NCBI GenBank assembly: GCA_973851085.1
Contig: OZ316776.1
Coordinates: forward strand, 12,276,001 to 12,340,000
Direction of reading: 5' to 3'
DNA length: 64,000 nt
DNA from: Ptychomitrium polyphyllum
Taxonomy: Eukaryota
The notes beneath the pieces are model-generated. The model saw only the letters and a list, made by a program, of their open reading frames with translations, had not been told where the DNA came from and searched no databases. Positions 1 through 11,498 of this stretch are shown piece after piece. Position 1 is the stretch's first letter. The number at the start of each line of letters is the position of its first letter. Both the position numbers and the translations under genes were made by a program.

Positions 1-4
1 CCAT
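1..4 (-). CDS. Start codon of a further copy of the Cys-rich gene that runs off the left edge
   Basis: CAT at 2-4 corresponds to the ATG at 5751-5749 in the next unit, and the upstream sequence is identical. Confidence 0.7.
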
Positions 5-3000
5 CGCTAAGCAGGCACGCCTCTGATCGGTAGGACCGTAAGCGGTGAAGCTGAAGGATCGGACTGGGGAAGGCGGAATGCGAGCAGGCTGCAGAGATGA
101 GGATACGATGAGAGTAACGAAGCAGAGGGGAGCTTATATACTGATTCAGGGGCCGTGCAGCCGGCGCTCTGCAGTAAGCTTCCTGGTCAGGACTTTGACG
201 AAATCGAGAAGTTGCCCACTATTCCGTTTCCTTGTGGACGTAAAGTTTCGTCGCGTCGATTTCTACTTTCAACCACCAGGTGACGAGGATCCCAAGTCTA
301 GCGGAATGGACGGAGAGTGTACTGTTGAAGCTCTGGCAGCTCTTCGAAGGATTATTCATCATGTTAAACCCCTACCACGCTTGTCTTTCGCAGTCAGGCA
401 TTATGGATATGGTTGACAGTGCCTTGGCCTAGGGCAGCTACAGTATCAAACACGGGCACGAGTTTCCGCGTATTGCAGCAGCAAGCTGGTGCCCAATGTC
501 CACTTGAGTCAACCCAGATTTTCCGAGTCCGATCCAGTCGTTTTAGAAACTGTACCAAAATGTCAACGCTGTAGCTCATGTGCATGCAATCGCTTCCTCA
601 GCTCTATGTCGAGACCCGGGCCATAGCCAGTGGATACGCAGCACCGGCCGTATCCACAGAGAGAATTACCTGTCATCGATAATTTGTGGAGGGGTGGTAG
701 ATGCATGGGCACGACTTGACGTTTGTGGAACATGCATCTCGTTGTTCGATTTTTCTGTCTCCGGTCCAGTGGTGCCCGACATCCCTAGCTTAGGCATGAC
801 ATTGTGAAAGTTGAGGCGTACCCAAATGTCAAATCTGCCGTTCGGAATGCTAGTAAACCTGTGTCTTACATTGTAATGCTTTCTGAATCCACATCAGCAA
901 TGAGTCACGGTGATAGAGGCCGTGACAGGGTGTAAAGTTGTGATTAGAGTTTGAAATGCATTGTCATAACGAAACTTGGCATCGTGGAGCTACTTTTGCA
1001 CACTGGTGAGCATCCTTGATTAGTATGGAAGAGATTGTTGGATACTGTACGTACTGCAGTCGGTGCTTCACATTTTTTGGTTTAATTCGGACATTATCTG
1101 CTCTGGTCACAAATAAATGATAAGATTTTTTGAAGGCGTAGAATTTGAATCGAAAGCCTTGTCGGTAAGAAAGTGTGCGTCATCGGACTTCCTTCTGGGG
1201 AGAAAGTTTGGCTAACGGATGAGCAGCTCACGTGTTTCACGTTCTTCTGAAACTAAAGATCTTCCTGCCAGAGCTTTGCTATTATTACGAATGAAATGTA
1301 TTTTGCATAAGAAAGTTACAGATGTTTGGCGACATAATTTGATCGACTCTGACTGGCTGTTACAGATGAAAGGAGGAGCTTCCACGAAGCCTAACTCGAT
1401 CTAGGAAGCAGTCTTCGTTTGGCCTCCGTCTCAGTCATCTGACGATAACTTGTCTCTGAACGTGCATTGACAGACATCAGCACTTGATTCTTCATTAGGT
1501 TTGTAGCTCTCCAATTCGATAGCTCTTCATTGTGCACATGCAGTGTGTTAGTGCAGTAGCAAAATCCTATTTCAACGTTTATGCCAAGATTTTATAGACC
1601 AAAGAAACCAGCTGACTAACATTCCAAACGTCTCTGCAGTCCTGTAGACCCTCAGCAACAAGTTGACAAAAGTAATGCAAGAAGTCACAAAATGTCAAAC
1701 GGGAAGAATGAGTCAAATATGTATCTGACGGATGTTTCAGAAACTTGGAAGTCAGACCCTGTCAGAACTTTGAGGGGCGTATTGGTTTACTGTACCTCCT
1801 ATCCCCGAAAGGGTCTACTCCAAAACAGCTCCTTTCAACTCAGTTAAACTAAACGCTTATCGAAGTTTGTGGTTTATATGCCAGGAGAGCTTTTCGGATA
1901 TCTGACATTAAAGACGATGTCTTGACCGATGAGATACTTGCAGATCGATGCTCAGGAGTCAGGACGAGTACTCATTCCCTCACTCCACGCATGCCACAAT
2001 GTCCACAAGATAAAAATTATGTGTGACAAATTTGTAAGTTAATATGGAAAATTTTATTTAAAATCTCTTGAGTAAAATCCGTCATTGATTGCCAAGCCGT
2101 AGTAACGCGTCTACAGCCCGTCTGGAGAAGGATCCACGTCTTGGCTTTGCATAATGGTGTTAACTTTGTTGCGTATTGAAGATTGATTTGCAATCAGTCA
2201 AAAGGGACTGAATAGGTGAGATTGCCTAGCCGATTTCTTGAGGTCAGCGCCCTTCAAACTTCAGTGAACTTTTCGGAAGAGCACATTAATCTATGTGCAA
2301 TGTCATAGAAAAAGTCAAATACTCCACTGGTTCTGCGTTGCAATCGACGGTTAGATAGCTGGAGCATTATTGTTCGTCCGTGTATCTCGTTTTCGAGGGG
2401 AAGCAGCTCATCACTATGACGTTACCAACGAGGCTATAAATAGAAGCTGTGCTTCGACTTCCTATCCAGCAACTGGAGTCTCGAGAGTCGGTGCACGAGT
2501 TAGAGAATGTACTGCGTCGCAAAGGATGGTCTAAATTGAGTGTCAATTTTGTCCATTACCCTCGAGTACGGATAACGTCCTCAGGATATCCAATTAGGCT
2601 TGTCGTGTGGTTGACTTAAATGTCGTGAGTGGTGACGGCCTGTTTAGATGAGCAACTACTACTAGATCGTCGACCAGGCCAAAGAGTTGCTTCATCTACA
2701 ATCTAGATGAATTCGCTCTACTCCAGAGATCCCAGCAGACATGCTCTATACATTGTCTGCTTTGAATTTCGTGCCTCCTGGTATAGGAAGAACATTCGTG
2801 ATATAAATGGTACACCTTAACTCGAACCCAATATTTTTGTTAATTTTGATGCAGGTCAGGATAATATGATTTTTTTGTTTTGTCATTCGAAAGGCACCCG
2901 TGTTCTCATTAGTAGGATTTCATATGAGGTTGGAGATGTGCTATAAAATTCTAGTTTTACACTTCAAATATTGTTATTGTAAGATTGGAGCAGTTTCCCA

Positions 3001-4600
3001 ACAAGTTGCCATTTGCCACTTTTCTCCTACCATTAGTTATCCGGAACCCAAGTTGCACATCAAGCACATGATTAAGTAATTAAGTTTGAGCAGCTCCTAA
3101 TGTCCTTGTTAGTTGTATGCATTAGTATCTTAAAGTGCGTTTCATGCATTGTGTGATGGGATTGATATCTTGGAAGCTAAGTGCATCTCCACTATACACA
3201 CCAAAATGTCAAAATATAATCATTTTATTCACATGAACTCATCAAGTCAATTACAATTGTTGAGTGAGGTGTAGTGGTTCATTCAAACAAAAAAATATGG
3301 TGATGTTCCTCAAATTACATATACAATAAAGTTATAAGAAATGTAGTTTTGTCATCCTTCATCCAAATCTAGAGTTCTTTATGCCTAATTTATATGATTT
3401 TTTGATGTGCATTTGATTTTGGCATTTTTGAATGTTAATTCCATATAAATAAATTTTTTAAGAATTTTTTTTGGCACTTTATATGTGCACAAGAGATGGT
3501 TTAATATACCAAAGTGCAAACATTGGCATATTTAGCTTTAGGGGCCAACCATAATTCATTGAATCATTGATCAATATATTGTCCATCCATTGCACAAGAC
3601 AAATTACACCTTTCATGCTTCAAAAGCATTCACTACAATTTTTAAGAATCTCATTTTTCTATAAAAACACTTGCCATATATGGTGCATTATTACAAAATG
3701 GTGAGAGTATTATTAAGTATATAAAAAAATTATCAATTGAAATATCATTGTACGAAGTATACATATAATTAGTGTATTTAGAATTGAAGGTAAAGATGTA
3801 TAAATATATTAGGCACAAATAAAAGAGAAAAATAAACTACAAAACTTTATAAACATATATGAGGGATGTTTTAGGAGGAGAACACAACAGCTACTCTAGT
3901 CTTTTGAACAAGTAATAAAAGCATGTGCTTAATAAATATAATAAAAACTATATCCACAAATAAAAATTGACAATGGATCATGTATTAATAGACATGCCAA
4001 TCATTCATTGTGTCATTGTTCTAGTTGAACAAATTAGAATATCCATAATATAAAAATGATAATTAACATGTTAGAAATTTACAAAATGCTAACGTTTATT
4101 TTTTTTGAAATATTCATAGCCAATCATTGTGAAACTAGGAAAATTGAGAATCAAAAACCTGCAAATCTTTTTGATCATATACTTAACATGTATTGGCTCT
4201 TCAAAATGATAAAATTTTCAACCATTTGAAGCAAAGTTCTTCAAACAAGGGTCCTTCACTCTTTATTTGTTGTTTCGAAGTGTTGCAAACTACATAAAAC
4301 CATCCCCAGCTTCCAGAAATATCACCTTGGAATGCATTATAATACAAGAAAAGTAATCACTTTCAGCACAATCGTTGGGTACATCTTTACGCTGAACAGA
4401 TTACCTCACTAGTGCATATTAAACACACAAATACTTCTATACAACACGACCGCTGGCACTAACAAAACGCTGCCGGCAACAACGTTCACATCATGATGAG
4501 TACTTTATTTAATGCGGATCCAGACGGCCTCCCACGATTCAACTCGCGACACCCTCAACATAATCTAGCAGGATCCCCGTATAACAGCTGTCGACGCCCA

Positions 4601-4766
4601 TCAGTAGCTGCGGACGCAGCACTTGGTGGCCTTGTCGAACTTCGTGCCCTTCTTGCACTGCTGCCCGCACTTGCCCTTGCTGCCATGGCCGACAACAGAT
4701 TGCACAGCAACGGTAACATCAGCACATCGACTGTTTCGCAGCTCCACAATCGATCGATGTATATCG

Positions 4767-4797
<31 letters not shown>

Positions 4798-5751
4798 CAT
4801 GCATGCATGCATACAACGGGAAACGGACCAGATCACATGCATTACGTTCAACGGGTTCTGCGAATCGAAGCACTGCAAACTGCGTGTGAGATGATCACCT
4901 GCAGGTGGCCTCGCCGCCCTTGAGCGTGACGGGGCACTTGATGTGGCAGCCGCCGCAGTTGTAGATGTCCTTGCCCACGTCCTTCTCGCAGCCGTTGCTC
5001 CAGATGTTGCCGTCGCAGTTCGCCCACCCCGGAGTGCACACGGGCTCCTGGCAGTTGCCGCCGCTGCACTTGGTCACGGCGTAGGGGACCTGCTTGCAGC
5101 ACTTGCCGCACGTGCCGCAGTTCTTGGGGTCCTTGCCCACGTCCGTCTCGCAGCCGTTGCTCCAGAGGTTGCCGTCGCAGTTGGCCCACCCGGGCTTGCA
5201 GGTGTAGTCGCAGTGCCCGTCGTTACACTTGACGATGGTGTAGGGGAGGGGCTTGCACTTCTTGCCGCAGTCGCCGCAGTTGTTCACGTCGGTCTTGACG
5301 CAGGTCTCACAGCCGGGCCGGTAGGAGTCGCAGTCCTTGTACCCCGCCGGGCACGACGTCCACGCGTCCGCGCTGCCTGCAGTTGCAACCACGTTCGCGT
5401 AAGTGTCCTTGTTCGCAATGCCAAACACATGAGTTCAGTGGTCGGGGGCCGAATGGTGAGCCACTGTGTAGGGCATCATTCATGGCAAATCAAGAAGGCA
5501 GATTCGGATGTCTACAGCAATCATAGTAAGCATACAGCCGTTTGTGCCAAGCCCGTCATGTAGCAGCACCGAGACAGAGTCTGCTCCATTGGCTAGTAAA
5601 TAACTCGTCCTTGGAGGAGTCTCGAAGTTGATAGTAATGTGGGCGAAGAGATCAGGCCAGTGGGGATGCAGGGGACCTTACCAATGAAGAGCACCACCAG
5701 AGTGGCAGCCAGCAGGAGGCCCGCGTGTCGCCATTGCTGCGAGGTCGCCAT
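4601..5751 (-). CDS. Secreted cysteine-rich repeat protein (208 aa, 29 Cys, three modules with a STIG1-like D-x-x-NCG-x-C core), copy A
   Basis: Exons: 5751-5682 (MATSQQWRHAGLLLAATLVVLFI, signal-peptide-like; donor GTAAG), 5376-4899 (after TGCAG) and 4679-4601 (after GGCAG; KGKCGQQCKKGTKFDKATKCCVRSY*). Intron phases 1 and 2 join in frame (70+478+79=627 nt). Third codon positions are strongly G/C. Confidence 0.9.
4768..4810. repeat. (CA)14 microsatellite plus (TGCA)n run in intron 2; identical copy starting at 10515
   Basis: Read directly from the sequence. Confidence 0.95.
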
Positions 5752-5879
5752 CGCTAAGCAGGCACGCCTCTGATCGGTAGGACCGTAAGCGGTGAAGCTG
5801 AAGGATCGGACTGGGGAAGGCGGAATGCGAGCAGGCTGCAGAGATGAGGATACGATGAGAGTAACGAAGCAGAGGGGAG

Positions 5880-5887
5880 CTTATATA
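5880..5887 (-). promoter_or_regulatory. Putative TATA box (TATATAAG) of the Cys-rich gene; also at 133-140 and 11627-11634
   Basis: TATATAAG on the minus strand lies ~130 nt upstream of the ATG and is followed by a pyrimidine-rich leader. The paralog at 16431 has TACATAAG at a similar distance. Confidence 0.6.
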
Positions 5888-8800
5888 CTGATTCAGGGGC
5901 CGTGCAGCCGGCGCTCTGCAGTAAGCTTCCTGGTCAGGACTTTGACGAAATCGAGAAGTTGCCCACTATTCCGTTTCCTTGTGGACGTAAAGTTTCGTCG
6001 CGTCGATTTCTACTTTCAACCACCAGGTGACGAGGATCCCAAGTCTAGCGGAATGGACGGAGAGTGTACTGTTGAAGCTCTGGCAGCTCTTCGAAGGATT
6101 ATTCATCATGTTAAACCCCTACCACGCTTGTCTTTCGCAGTCAGGCATTATGGATATGGTTGACAGTGCCTTGGCCTAGGGCAGCTACAGTATCAAACAC
6201 GGGCACGAGTTTCCGCGTATTGCAGCAGCAAGCTGGTGCCCAATGTCCACTTGAGTCAACCCAGATTTTCCGAGTCCGATCCAGTCGTTTTAGAAACTGT
6301 ACCAAAATGTCAACGCTGTAGCTCATGTGCATGCAATCGCTTCCTCAGCTCTATGTCGAGACCCGGGCCATAGCCAGTGGATACGCAGCACCGGCCGTAT
6401 CCACAGAGAGAATTACCTGTCATCGATAATTTGTGGAGGGGTGGTAGATGCATGGGCACGACTTGACGTTTGTGGAACATGCATCTCGTTGTTCGATTTT
6501 TCTGTCTCCGGTCCAGTGGTGCCCGACATCCCTAGCTTAGGCATGACATTGTGAAAGTTGAGGCGTACCCAAATGTCAAATCTGCCGTTCGGAATGCTAG
6601 TAAACCTGTGTCTTACATTGTAATGCTTTCTGAATCCACATCAGCAATGAGTCACGGTGATAGAGGCCGTGACAGGGTGTAAAGTTGTGATTAGAGTTTG
6701 AAATGCATTGTCATAACGAAACTTGGCATCGTGGAGCTACTTTTGCACACTGGTGAGCATCCTTGATTAGTATGGAAGAGATTGTTGGATACTGTACGTA
6801 CTGCAGTCGGTGCTTCACATTTTTTGGTTTAATTCGGACATTATCTGCTCTGGTCACAAATAAATGATAAGATTTTTTGAAGGCGTAGAATTTGAATCGA
6901 AAGCCTTGTCGGTAAGAAAGTGTGCGTCATCGGACTTCCTTCTGGGGAGAAAGTTTGGCTAACGGATGAGCAGCTCACGTGTTTCACGTTCTTCTGAAAC
7001 TAAAGATCTTCCTGCCAGAGCTTTGCTATTATTACGAATGAAATGTATTTTGCATAAGAAAGTTACAGATGTTTGGCGACATAATTTGATCGACTCTGAC
7101 TGGCTGTTACAGATGAAAGGAGGAGCTTCCACGAAGCCTAACTCGATCTAGGAAGCAGTCTTCGTTTGGCCTCCGTCTCAGTCATCTGACGATAACTTGT
7201 CTCTGAACGTGCATTGACAGACATCAGCACTTGATTCTTCATTAGGTTTGTAGCTCTCCAATTCGATAGCTCTTCATTGTGCACATGCAGTGTGTTAGTG
7301 CAGTAGCAAAATCCTATTTCAACGTTTATGCCAAGATTTTATAGACCAAAGAAACCAGCTGACTAACATTCCAAACGTCTCTGCAGTCCTGTAGACCCTC
7401 AGCAACAAGTTGACAAAAGTAATGCAAGAAGTCACAAAATGTCAAACGGGAAGAATGAGTCAAATATGTATCTGACGGATGTTTCAGAAACTTGGAAGTC
7501 AGACCCTGTCAGAACTTTGAGGGGCGTATTGGTTTACTGTACCTCCTATCCCCGAAAGGGTCTACTCCAAAACAGCTCCTTTCAACTCAGTTAAACTAAA
7601 CGCTTATCGAAGTTTGTGGTTTATATGCCAGGAGAGCTTTTCGGATATCTGACATTAAAGACGATGTCTTGACCGATGAGATACTTGCAGATCGATGCTC
7701 AGGAGTCAGGACGAGTACTCATTCCCTCACTCCACGCATGCCACAATGTCCACAAGATAAAAATTATGTGTGACAAATTTGTAAGTTAATATGGAAAATT
7801 TTATTTAAAATCTCTTGAGTAAAATCCGTCATTGATTGCCAAGCCGTAGTAACGCGTCTACAGCCCGTCTGGAGAAGGATCCACGTCTTGGCTTTGCATA
7901 ATGGTGTTAACTTTGTTGCGTATTGAAGATTGATTTGCAATCAGTCAAAAGGGACTGAATAGGTGAGATTGCCTAGCCGATTTCTTGAGGTCAGCGCCCT
8001 TCAAACTTCAGTGAACTTTTCGGAAGAGCACATTAATCTATGTGCAATGTCATAGAAAAAGTCAAATACTCCACTGGTTCTGCGTTGCAATCGACGGTTA
8101 GATAGCTGGAGCATTATTGTTCGTCCGTGTATCTCGTTTTCGAGGGGAAGCAGCTCATCACTATGACGTTACCAACGAGGCTATAAATAGAAGCTGTGCT
8201 TCGACTTCCTATCCAGCAACTGGAGTCTCGAGAGTCGGTGCACGAGTTAGAGAATGTACTGCGTCGCAAAGGATGGTCTAAATTGAGTGTCAATTTTGTC
8301 CATTACCCTCGAGTACGGATAACGTCCTCAGGATATCCAATTAGGCTTGTCGTGTGGTTGACTTAAATGTCGTGAGTGGTGACGGCCTGTTTAGATGAGC
8401 AACTACTACTAGATCGTCGACCAGGCCAAAGAGTTGCTTCATCTACAATCTAGATGAATTCGCTCTACTCCAGAGATCCCAGCAGACATGCTCTATACAT
8501 TGTCTGCTTTGAATTTCGTGCCTCCTGGTATAGGAAGAACATTCGTGATATAAATGGTACACCTTAACTCGAACCCAATATTTTTGTTAATTTTGATGCA
8601 GGTCAGGATAATATGATTTTTTTGTTTTGTCATTCGAAAGGCACCCGTGTTCTCATTAGTAGGATTTCATATGAGGTTGGAGATGTGCTATAAAATTCTA
8701 GTTTTACACTTCAAATATTGTTATTGTAAGATTGGAGCAGTTTCCCAACAAGTTGCCATTTGCCACTTTTCTCCTACCATTAGTTATCCGGAACCCAAGT

Positions 8801-10347
8801 TGCACATCAAGCACATGATTAAGTAATTAAGTTTGAGCAGCTCCTAATGTCCTTGTTAGTTGTATGCATTAGTATCTTAAAGTGCGTTTCATGCATTGTG
8901 TGATGGGATTGATATCTTGGAAGCTAAGTGCATCTCCACTATACACACCAAAATGTCAAAATATAATCATTTTATTCACATGAACTCATCAAGTCAATTA
9001 CAATTGTTGAGTGAGGTGTAGTGGTTCATTCAAACAAAAAAATATGGTGATGTTCCTCAAATTACATATACAATAAAGTTATAAGAAATGTAGTTTTGTC
9101 ATCCTTCATCCAAATCTAGAGTTCTTTATGCCTAATTTATATGATTTTTTGATGTGCATTTGATTTTGGCATTTTTGAATGTTAATTCCATATAAATAAA
9201 TTTTTTAAGAATTTTTTTTGGCACTTTATATGTGCACAAGAGATGGTTTAATATACCAAAGTGCAAACATTGGCATATTTAGCTTTAGGGGCCAACCATA
9301 ATTCATTGAATCATTGATCAATATATTGTCCATCCATTGCACAAGACAAATTACACCTTTCATGCTTCAAAAGCATTCACTACAATTTTTAAGAATCTCA
9401 TTTTTCTATAAAAACACTTGCCATATATGGTGCATTATTACAAAATGGTGAGAGTATTATTAAGTATATAAAAAAATTATCAATTGAAATATCATTGTAC
9501 GAAGTATACATATAATTAGTGTATTTAGAATTGAAGGTAAAGATGTATAAATATATTAGGCACAAATAAAAGAGAAAAATAAACTACAAAACTTTATAAA
9601 CATATATGAGGGATGTTTTAGGAGGAGAACACAACAGCTACTCTAGTCTTTTGAACAAGTAATAAAAGCATGTGCTTAATAAATATAATAAAAACTATAT
9701 CCACAAATAAAAATTGACAATGGATCATGTATTAATAGACATGCCAATCATTCATTGTGTCATTGTTCTAGTTGAACAAATTAGAATATCCATAATATAA
9801 AAATGATAATTAACATGTTAGAAATTTACAAAATGCTAACGTTTATTTTTTTTGAAATATTCATAGCCAATCATTGTGAAACTAGGAAAATTGAGAATCA
9901 AAAACCTGCAAATCTTTTTGATCATATACTTAACATGTATTGGCTCTTCAAAATGATAAAATTTTCAACCATTTGAAGCAAAGTTCTTCAAACAAGGGTC
10001 CTTCACTCTTTATTTGTTGTTTCGAAGTGTTGCAAACTACATAAAACCATCCCCAGCTTCCAGAAATATCACCTTGGAATGCATTATAATACAAGAAAAG
10101 TAATCACTTTCAGCACAATCGTTGGGTACATCTTTACGCTGAACAGATTACCTCACTAGTGCATATTAAACACACAAATACTTCTATACAACACGACCGC
10201 TGGCACTAACAAAACGCTGCCGGCAACAACGTTCACATCATGATGAGTACTTTATTTAATGCGGATCCAGACGGCCTCCCACGATTCAACTCGCGACACC
10301 CTCAACATAATCTAGCAGGATCCCCGTATAACAGCTGTCGACGCCCA

Positions 10348-10513
10348 TCAGTAGCTGCGGACGCAGCACTTGGTGGCCTTGTCGAACTTCGTGCCCTTCT
10401 TGCACTGCTGCCCGCACTTGCCCTTGCTGCCATGGCCGACAACAGATTGCACAGCAACGGTAACATCAGCACATCGACTGTTTCGCAGCTCCACAATCGA
10501 TCGATGTATATCG

Positions 10514-10544
<31 letters not shown>

Positions 10545-11498
10545 CATGCATGCATGCATACAACGGGAAACGGACCAGATCACATGCATTACGTTCAACG
10601 GGTTCTGCGAATCGAAGCACTGCAAACTGCGTGTGAGATGATCACCTGCAGGTGGCCTCGCCGCCCTTGAGCGTGACGGGGCACTTGATGTGGCAGCCGC
10701 CGCAGTTGTAGATGTCCTTGCCCACGTCCTTCTCGCAGCCGTTGCTCCAGATGTTGCCGTCGCAGTTCGCCCACCCCGGAGTGCACACGGGCTCCTGGCA
10801 GTTGCCGCCGCTGCACTTGGTCACGGCGTAGGGGACCTGCTTGCAGCACTTGCCGCACGTGCCGCAGTTCTTGGGGTCCTTGCCCACGTCCGTCTCGCAG
10901 CCGTTGCTCCAGAGGTTGCCGTCGCAGTTGGCCCACCCGGGCTTGCAGGTGTAGTCGCAGTGCCCGTCGTTACACTTGACGATGGTGTAGGGGAGGGGCT
11001 TGCACTTCTTGCCGCAGTCGCCGCAGTTGTTCACGTCGGTCTTGACGCAGGTCTCACAGCCGGGCCGGTAGGAGTCGCAGTCCTTGTACCCCGCCGGGCA
11101 CGACGTCCACGCGTCCGCGCTGCCTGCAGTTGCAACCACGTTCGCGTAAGTGTCCTTGTTCGCAATGCCAAACACATGAGTTCAGTGGTCGGGGGCCGAA
11201 TGGTGAGCCACTGTGTAGGGCATCATTCATGGCAAATCAAGAAGGCAGATTCGGATGTCTACAGCAATCATAGTAAGCATACAGCCGTTTGTGCCAAGCC
11301 CGTCATGTAGCAGCACCGAGACAGAGTCTGCTCCATTGGCTAGTAAATAACTCGTCCTTGGAGGAGTCTCGAAGTTGATAGTAATGTGGGCGAAGAGATC
11401 AGGCCAGTGGGGATGCAGGGGACCTTACCAATGAAGAGCACCACCAGAGTGGCAGCCAGCAGGAGGCCCGCGTGTCGCCATTGCTGCGAGGTCGCCAT
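10348..11498 (-). CDS. Secreted cysteine-rich repeat protein, copy B (identical to copy A)
   Basis: Same model shifted by +5747: exons 11498-11429, 11123-10646 and 10426-10348. Confidence 0.9.

Noticed and set aside
45..416. 123-aa plus-strand ORF repeated three times (also at 5792 and 11539)
   Set aside because: It has a GTG start and no recognisable motif, and it is antisense to the leader and promoter of the Cys-rich gene. It recurs only because of the tandem duplication.
5377..5428. N-terminus MFGIANKDTYANVVATA of the 177-aa ORF
   Set aside because: It lies in intron 1 and has a non-ATG start; a signal-peptide exon upstream joins in the correct phase.
4943..5563. 206-aa Ala/Val-rich ORF and other overlapping ORFs at 4493-5189
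   Set aside because: These are antisense or off-frame shadows of a GC3-rich exon and of the CA microsatellite.
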